IMG/VR virus record: IMGVR_UViG_3300031811_000006
Span: 1-30,890 of that record
DNA from: a virus
Taxonomy: Duplodnaviria > Caudoviricetes
DNA: 30,890 nucleotides
Reading direction: 5' to 3' (one strand)
Part shown: positions 26,501 through 30,890 of the stretch, piece by piece
Position numbering within the stretch: the first letter of the stretch is position 1
Layout of the letters: each line of letters opens with the position of its first letter
Made by a program: the position numbers and the translations under genes
The notes under the pieces: model-generated
Seen by the model: the letters and a program-made list of their open reading frames with translations, nothing else
Told to the model about the DNA's origin: nothing
The model's database searches: none

Positions 26501-29247
26501 TAGTTTTTTCTGAGCCGCTAAGATCTTGGGGGTCGTTAGCACCCCGCACTTCTGGCTACGTTCAGATTTATATGGCCTCACCAGAAGAGGTGAGGCGTCC
26601 AAACCCTAGGATTCACTTCTCATCCAGAGAAGGAGACCTTATTGGGAAGCAGAGGGGCGAGTTTAACGCGGCCCCCTCAATTGGATGTGACGGAAAGACA
26701 GATGCCACTAAAATCACATTTAGATTCACTATTTCTGGTGGCACTTGGTTAGAACCTGTTTTCGGCACTGGAGGGTCCGTTACTTATCCTTCTTTGCTTG
26801 AGGCTAGTGATTGGTCTATCACGCCCGGGTTTGTATTAAGTTCAGTTTCCCGTGTACCCGCGATCCATTCAACCATTCCTGGTCTTCTTCAATTTGAGGG
26901 TCTCGTAACCGTAAGCAACTCCGAGGTCGGGGAGGGCTTCACACTCTCCATAGCAGAGGGTGCCTTCCTAGATGACAATGATCAGGGCAATTACGCTGGC
27001 ACATGTACCATACAGTACGAAACCACTAACTTCCAGAATGATTCCGACCTTTGTTCCGACTGCAATGTTATCATCCTCCCGCACAACCACATCGTTGAGT
27101 ACGCCGCCACAGTCGTACAGAGCGATGACAGCCCGTCACCATCCGCATACATAAAATATTTTCTTCAATTTAGAGACAGTCAAGATGATGAGTTCATAGA
27201 TCAAGGGGAGTTACGGGACGAAGAGGGCGAGATCGCCCAACCAAATGCAGAAGTACAAACCTTATCTACGCTTATACAACTCACCGAGACGACCTTTCAG
27301 ACCTGCCGGTTGCCTTTTGGAATCGATAAAGATTCATATATCGGCGGGTTGCATGTTCAGGGTTGCCGTATTAATACATATACGAGAGAATTCAGAATCA
27401 AGGCCACATGCGATACTGACGGGGATGGGTTTAGCGATCTTAGTGCTTATTCTACGTCGTTTAATTTATATCAATATGTCGAAGGCCCCAGGTGGGACGG
27501 GGGAGCAGATGCTGCACCCTGGGCTGGTTGGGAGAGAGAATTTACGACAACTATCGACGACGATTATGATTTTACACAGGAAGGACCGGCTCTCGGTAAA
27601 GTAGGAGACCAAGAAGATAAACTAATAATCTCTAGGTTTGACATGTTCCGTACAGGTGACACATCTGGACCAAATGCATTCGGGTCTCCAATGACTCCTT
27701 TCAAGCTATGCTCCGCGATGGTTGTTCCGGAGCTGCGTGTAGAAGCTGCCGGTACACAACAACGCTGGTACGGATTTCAACGGCTTCTTGTTTCATCGGA
27801 ACAGGCATCCAGTAACAAGGGTTCAATTCAGCATTATGTCGTTGGCTCTCCAGATTCTAGGCACTACGACACCCGCAATGAGGCCCGTGAAAGTTTACAA
27901 GAATCAAGTCACTGGTTTTTTGAGGACAGGCCGTTCATAGAGATCACCAACTATTCTACCCACGAGGGGTTTTCTGCCGAATCTAATATTGGCTATACCA
28001 TAGCCCCTACTCGTACTGACGTTCCCAGACCAGGTTGCGGAGGCCCCGACGATTCTTTTCGTGCCGACGTACCTGCGGGTTTTTGGTTTATGGAAGGAAC
28101 GAAACTAACATTTGACGAAACCTATGGTTACCAGTATGACGGCCTCAGAGATAAAAATCACCTGTTATGTTCGACTCAGCACGACTACGGCTACCTAATT
28201 AACTCGTATTCAAACGAAGTCGACGGAAGTTGCAGCAGACGGCAGACCTCGCAGTACGATCTAGGGGCCGGAGTGGGGGGATTGGGAGTATTATCCGAAT
28301 TGGCTACTACGGCACAGATAGCTACTGACGGAAATGGGGATACCGTTGTGGTGTCTGCCCCCTGTACACATGACAACAACCGGAAAGTCAGTGTTCTCAG
28401 AACTTTTGGGGGCTTGGGCCACGTGCCGTTTACAAACTCAATACACGAAATATTTAGCACGGAGAACAACAAGGAGGCAATGAACCATTGGAGACCTAAT
28501 AGCCTATGCCTCAACAACGCTGGTGATGTAGTGGGTTACACTTACCGAGATGCAAATACTACAAATAATGCAGGCCATGTTGCCATTTGGCATATAGAAA
28601 GTATTGCAAGAGATTTCACAGACGGTACTGCATTTACTAAATCACCCAATTTCTTCACAGGTGCCAATCGTTTCAACCTCAGAGCACTTTTCCCCTTTCA
28701 ACGGCGGCCAGTCGTGGGCCTCCCCAAACTCCTAGGTCCAAACAGTAACCTTTCTGTTTTAAAAATGGATAAGAGCGGTAACAACATTATTGTCTCCTGC
28801 ACTAGGGGTAAAGTGCAAACAGAGGCTACTGGGTGGGCACAAGTGTTCAAGTACTATGAACCGGATAATCAATATGTAGCTAGGGGACAAAGATTAGAAG
28901 GCCCGTATGGTGAGTTTGGGATTGATTGTGATATTAGTTCAGATGGCAACAGCATTGTCGTTTCATCCCGTGAAGAGAATGTTAATGGCACCACAAAAAA
29001 CCCTGGGCAAAACCACCATGGTGCCATAAGGTTTTATACTTGGAGCGGAAGCTTAACAAAAGGCTATGAGTGGGAGCAACTCGGGGATACAATCAGGGGA
29101 ACAAACTATTGGTCAAATTTAGGTTTTCACCTTTCCTATGCATCGGATCATTCGCTGGACGTACAAAGAATTGCTGCCTTCGAGGGGACGGATCAGAACG
29201 ATACTTTACGGGGAGCTATCTCGATGTATAAATTCGAGGGGGGCTAA
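23509..29247 (+). CDS. Very large multidomain adhesin-like virion protein (vWA-like, FG-GAP-like beta-propeller repeats, Ig-like); GTG start
   Basis: AAGGAG RBS before GTG 23509; DNSGSM motif; repeated FG...A.S.DG.T..V and V.VY......W.Q.G blades. Confidence 0.75.
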   Translation: MGRPSRCNVCCTDTGDIDLPPVTDCGGVIAVVFMDESSPHPTAMNSKIVQYLAAFPDRLLFIMDVEAGGYGNLDYTGYPAFTGSDRCYSLALEKQGGGAGTWTDDIPEYILRDTSTATPSDVFSYITTIVNNSPKTTGANEDDGDIVRTIWKEAKQVSVFRDNSGSMRYGEVQDTYVKFIADLASPPEGQVVSIGGESVAIRPKAIKRSNYNKAEDFICPFAYEHCCDSIASEELLELCGLECLPIIDDPSSLSFTTQPNGLYVVDDPCDPACFSIDPTENVLQSSDQSSDQSSDLGSTPTTGFVFTHLHNLAPPSMETLGAVGDRGERGSQLFGADLAMSANGDTIVVVEQEPVKVNIQSFTKSALDHDADTITIADHGFVDDELVRYAVQRTNLFGSIDTELDNLHHLTSYYTTSLYRVDNSTTNTFQLRDSGGSIVDITADDANNPSQHVLALVPVQLNLLPANVPLRSAKICTYKRNHFPAPGRCNLIFKYELVDSFLTDDPIAGIDHTRASIDLSDDGRTLIVGTPDNGTALDFTYDLGGGYTVTDTEIEGKATGEWRVYDWNNYDSTWRQRGDTGTIDVDSSEGQEIGTMASISWDGNTVVVSTNIDSTQTLKTINDFTGDSNRGFVHVYDWDINSASWVQRGSGIRDFVSEYEIKLSGYPRYFSVDANVDYIAISTYRYDPTSTQSLDDAGRHRYNYGAVRVFKYDGSDWVQFGNTISKVPDADYVTAVGNYDAVVAAMDTYFGNAVCLSKDTSLNPYPRLAVMDMNSVYVYDYNTVSEQFTGTDLDVNANTVTIPGHVLQNGDMVRYNNLVEGPFENLTNGVDYEVINVSGNTFQLSSDGSTGIAFTSGPLGDESNTGVHTLTIDKWVQQGNAIPRGNALKPLGTSQIGHEWSTDSVTSQHKSPSIAFSEDRKTIIIGDYTPHLSPQRGLVRTLRLVDDTWVESEFNAFRSGIDDVEHFGTDVLISRGGEVITQGIGAGCVDKVVAGNILVFSEPLRSWGSLAPRTSGYVQIYMASPEEVRRPNPRIHFSSREGDLIGKQRGEFNAAPSIGCDGKTDATKITFRFTISGGTWLEPVFGTGGSVTYPSLLEASDWSITPGFVLSSVSRVPAIHSTIPGLLQFEGLVTVSNSEVGEGFTLSIAEGAFLDDNDQGNYAGTCTIQYETTNFQNDSDLCSDCNVIILPHNHIVEYAATVVQSDDSPSPSAYIKYFLQFRDSQDDEFIDQGELRDEEGEIAQPNAEVQTLSTLIQLTETTFQTCRLPFGIDKDSYIGGLHVQGCRINTYTREFRIKATCDTDGDGFSDLSAYSTSFNLYQYVEGPRWDGGADAAPWAGWEREFTTTIDDDYDFTQEGPALGKVGDQEDKLIISRFDMFRTGDTSGPNAFGSPMTPFKLCSAMVVPELRVEAAGTQQRWYGFQRLLVSSEQASSNKGSIQHYVVGSPDSRHYDTRNEARESLQESSHWFFEDRPFIEITNYSTHEGFSAESNIGYTIAPTRTDVPRPGCGGPDDSFRADVPAGFWFMEGTKLTFDETYGYQYDGLRDKNHLLCSTQHDYGYLINSYSNEVDGSCSRRQTSQYDLGAGVGGLGVLSELATTAQIATDGNGDTVVVSAPCTHDNNRKVSVLRTFGGLGHVPFTNSIHEIFSTENNKEAMNHWRPNSLCLNNAGDVVGYTYRDANTTNNAGHVAIWHIESIARDFTDGTAFTKSPNFFTGANRFNLRALFPFQRRPVVGLPKLLGPNSNLSVLKMDKSGNNIIVSCTRGKVQTEATGWAQVFKYYEPDNQYVARGQRLEGPYGEFGIDCDISSDGNSIVVSSREENVNGTTKNPGQNHHGAIRFYTWSGSLTKGYEWEQLGDTIRGTNYWSNLGFHLSYASDHSLDVQRIAAFEGTDQNDTLRGAISMYKFEGG
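24357..24392 (+). repeat. 12-bp coding tandem repeat x3 (QSSD)
   Basis: ccaaagctccga x3 followed by degenerate cctaggctcc. Confidence 0.9.
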
Positions 29248-29271
29248 GGGAAGGGGAAGCTAAGGTAAAAA

Positions 29272-30633
29272 ATGTTTAAAATTTCAGACAGAGTGAAAGA
29301 GACTTCTGCCTCGACGGGGACGGGCTCCGTCTCACTAGGCGGTGCGGACAGTGGCTTTCAGACTTTCTTAGCTGGAATCGGTGACGGCCATACTACATAC
29401 TATACCATTGAAAACTTCTCTAGATGGGAAGTGGGAATAGGTACCTATACTCAATCTACCAATTCCTTATCCCGAGACACCGTCTTAAGAAGCTCATCAG
29501 GACAAACCAGAATTTCCCTAGAGGGAGTCTCCATCGTGTTTTGCACCTTGGCGGCAGACCGAGCCTTCATCAAAGATCCAAGTAACAACATAGGTGGGAT
29601 AAATGGGGTTTTTGCTGAGAGTGGCATTTTTGACGACCTAATTGTTAAGGATGATTTAACAATAACCGACGTCCTCTCTGCCAACTCCTTAGAAATCACC
29701 ACTTCAGCCTCGGCCAACTCAATATCCTCTAATTCTTTAGATGTGGATGGTCACGTAGAGGCCAATAGTTTATCTACTTCTGACGACGTCCTTTCATCGG
29801 GGCTACTCACAATAGTTAATACAGACGACGCGGGATGCTTCATCCATGCGTATAGAGATAGCGTAAACGAAAAGACTGTTGCCCTTCACATTAACAGTAG
29901 CCCATCTCCCATATGGAAGTTAGGCTTAAAGTCCACTCCGGCTAGTAAATCAGCTTCCCCAGACCACGGATATGTTTATGGGGTGGACGGTGCTGTTGGC
30001 ATTGTCTCTAACGATAACAACTACACAGAGATGTCTTCGTCGGCTGGACTTTTCACTTACCACGATTCGCATGTTTTACTGAGAGCGAGTTCGGCTACTG
30101 GGGTTTATATAGATGGCAAGACCTCAAGTTACCCAGTACTTACCGTTCAGGGTGCCGCTCTCCAGGCAGAACACCTGCAAAGATGGGAGGATTCTGTTGG
30201 GACAATCTTATCGGTTGTAGATAGTGGTGGCAAGGTTGGCATACTAACCTCTTCTCCCTCATATGAGCTTGATGTTGCAGGAACTGGTTCGTTTGAAACG
30301 ATACGATTTTCTGACGGAACGACACAAACAACGGCACAGACAACGGTTAGTTCTCACAGGACATATAACAACGTAACCTCAGAGTTTTCTATGTTGGATA
30401 GTTCTGATGTTGTATTTTTGGACACCACGGCTGGGGCGATTAATGTTCATCTCCCCACAGCGGTGGGTAAAGGAGGGATGGAGATAATGATCAAGTTAAA
30501 GGCCGGTTCAAACTCCGGCGTTCTACTTGCCAGCGGATCTCAAACAGTGGATGGTCAGGCTCAGGTTCCACTGTACCACACTTATGAAAGTACAACGTTA
30601 ATTTCAGATAATTCAAACTGGTTCTTAACTTAG
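29272..30633 (+). CDS. Tail fibre-like protein
   Basis: DRVKETS.STGTG...L.GA / WEVGIGTY N-terminal module; VGI.T.SP...LDVAG and IRFSDGTTQTTA; C-terminal LP.A...G....IK..D domain. Confidence 0.75.
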   Translation: MFKISDRVKETSASTGTGSVSLGGADSGFQTFLAGIGDGHTTYYTIENFSRWEVGIGTYTQSTNSLSRDTVLRSSSGQTRISLEGVSIVFCTLAADRAFIKDPSNNIGGINGVFAESGIFDDLIVKDDLTITDVLSANSLEITTSASANSISSNSLDVDGHVEANSLSTSDDVLSSGLLTIVNTDDAGCFIHAYRDSVNEKTVALHINSSPSPIWKLGLKSTPASKSASPDHGYVYGVDGAVGIVSNDNNYTEMSSSAGLFTYHDSHVLLRASSATGVYIDGKTSSYPVLTVQGAALQAEHLQRWEDSVGTILSVVDSGGKVGILTSSPSYELDVAGTGSFETIRFSDGTTQTTAQTTVSSHRTYNNVTSEFSMLDSSDVVFLDTTAGAINVHLPTAVGKGGMEIMIKLKAGSNSGVLLASGSQTVDGQAQVPLYHTYESTTLISDNSNWFLT

Positions 30634-30640
30634 TGTATAA
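30633..30640 (+). promoter_or_regulatory. Putative late promoter motif GTGTATAA
   Basis: Overlaps the stop codon; 38 nt upstream of the next ATG. Confidence 0.6.
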
Positions 30641-30678
30641 TCTATTGTTATAAAACCTCACTCACGGGAGAATAAATT

Positions 30679-30890
30679 ATGTCATACTCACCATTTATAC
30701 TTGGCCTAACTGATGTAGGTCAATCACAAGCAAGTAAGTTTTTGGTAGCTGACGGCACTGGGAATTTTGAATTTCAGGATGATGATAAGATTATTTTTGG
30801 GGACGGTGCCGACGCCTCTATATCTTGGAATGCGGCAGGAAGCAAAGTCAAGGCCTTTTCAGAAAACGTGGCACTTGAATTGGGACACGC
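30679..30890 (+). CDS. Partial CDS running off the window; probable fibre protein
   Basis: GGGAG RBS; MSYSPFILGLTDVGQSQASKFLVADGTGNFEFQDDDKIIFGDGADASISWN..., open to the end. Confidence 0.7.
   Translation, partial: MSYSPFILGLTDVGQSQASKFLVADGTGNFEFQDDDKIIFGDGADASISWNAAGSKVKAFSENVALELGH

Noticed and set aside
10296-30343. Numerous minus-strand and alternate-frame ORFs within late genes
   Set aside because: Fully nested in well-supported genes, with no recognisable motifs
18079-30890. Diversity-generating retroelement acting on fibres
   Set aside because: No reverse transcriptase and no adenine-specific TR/VR pair noticed
1-30890. Stop-codon reassignment, tRNA genes
   Set aside because: Long ORFs pack tightly under the standard code with TAA, TAG and TGA all used as stops; no cloverleaf recognised by eye

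Overview
A 30.9-kb segment of a large tailed dsDNA phage (Caudoviricetes), read in the standard genetic code. The host is probably a planctomycete/PVC bacterium, inferred mainly from a DUF1501-type gene. The left ~2.3 kb is a leftward early/host-takeover-like region of tiny genes built as repeated cassettes. It holds four consensus TTGACA-N16/17-TATAAT promoters, each followed 6 nt later by an ATG, a sigma54-like (-24/-12) promoter cluster with an IHF-consensus site, a 3x48-bp tandem repeat, a duplicated ~59-bp element with compensatory base changes, and a pair of paralogous small genes. A free-standing HNH gene follows. From ~3.5 kb a rightward late region encodes a sigma-factor-like protein, a second HNH, a probable small terminase, GDP-mannose 4,6-dehydratase, a small HNH, an ERCC4 nuclease, a ClpP-like protease, a DUF1501 protein, large terminase, portal, prohead protease/scaffold, capsid decoration protein, major capsid protein and several large fibre/adhesin-like proteins. 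A GTGTATAA motif precedes five late genes. I saw no tRNA, rRNA, CRISPR array, integrase or reverse transcriptase. All product calls are from motif recognition by eye, not database searches.
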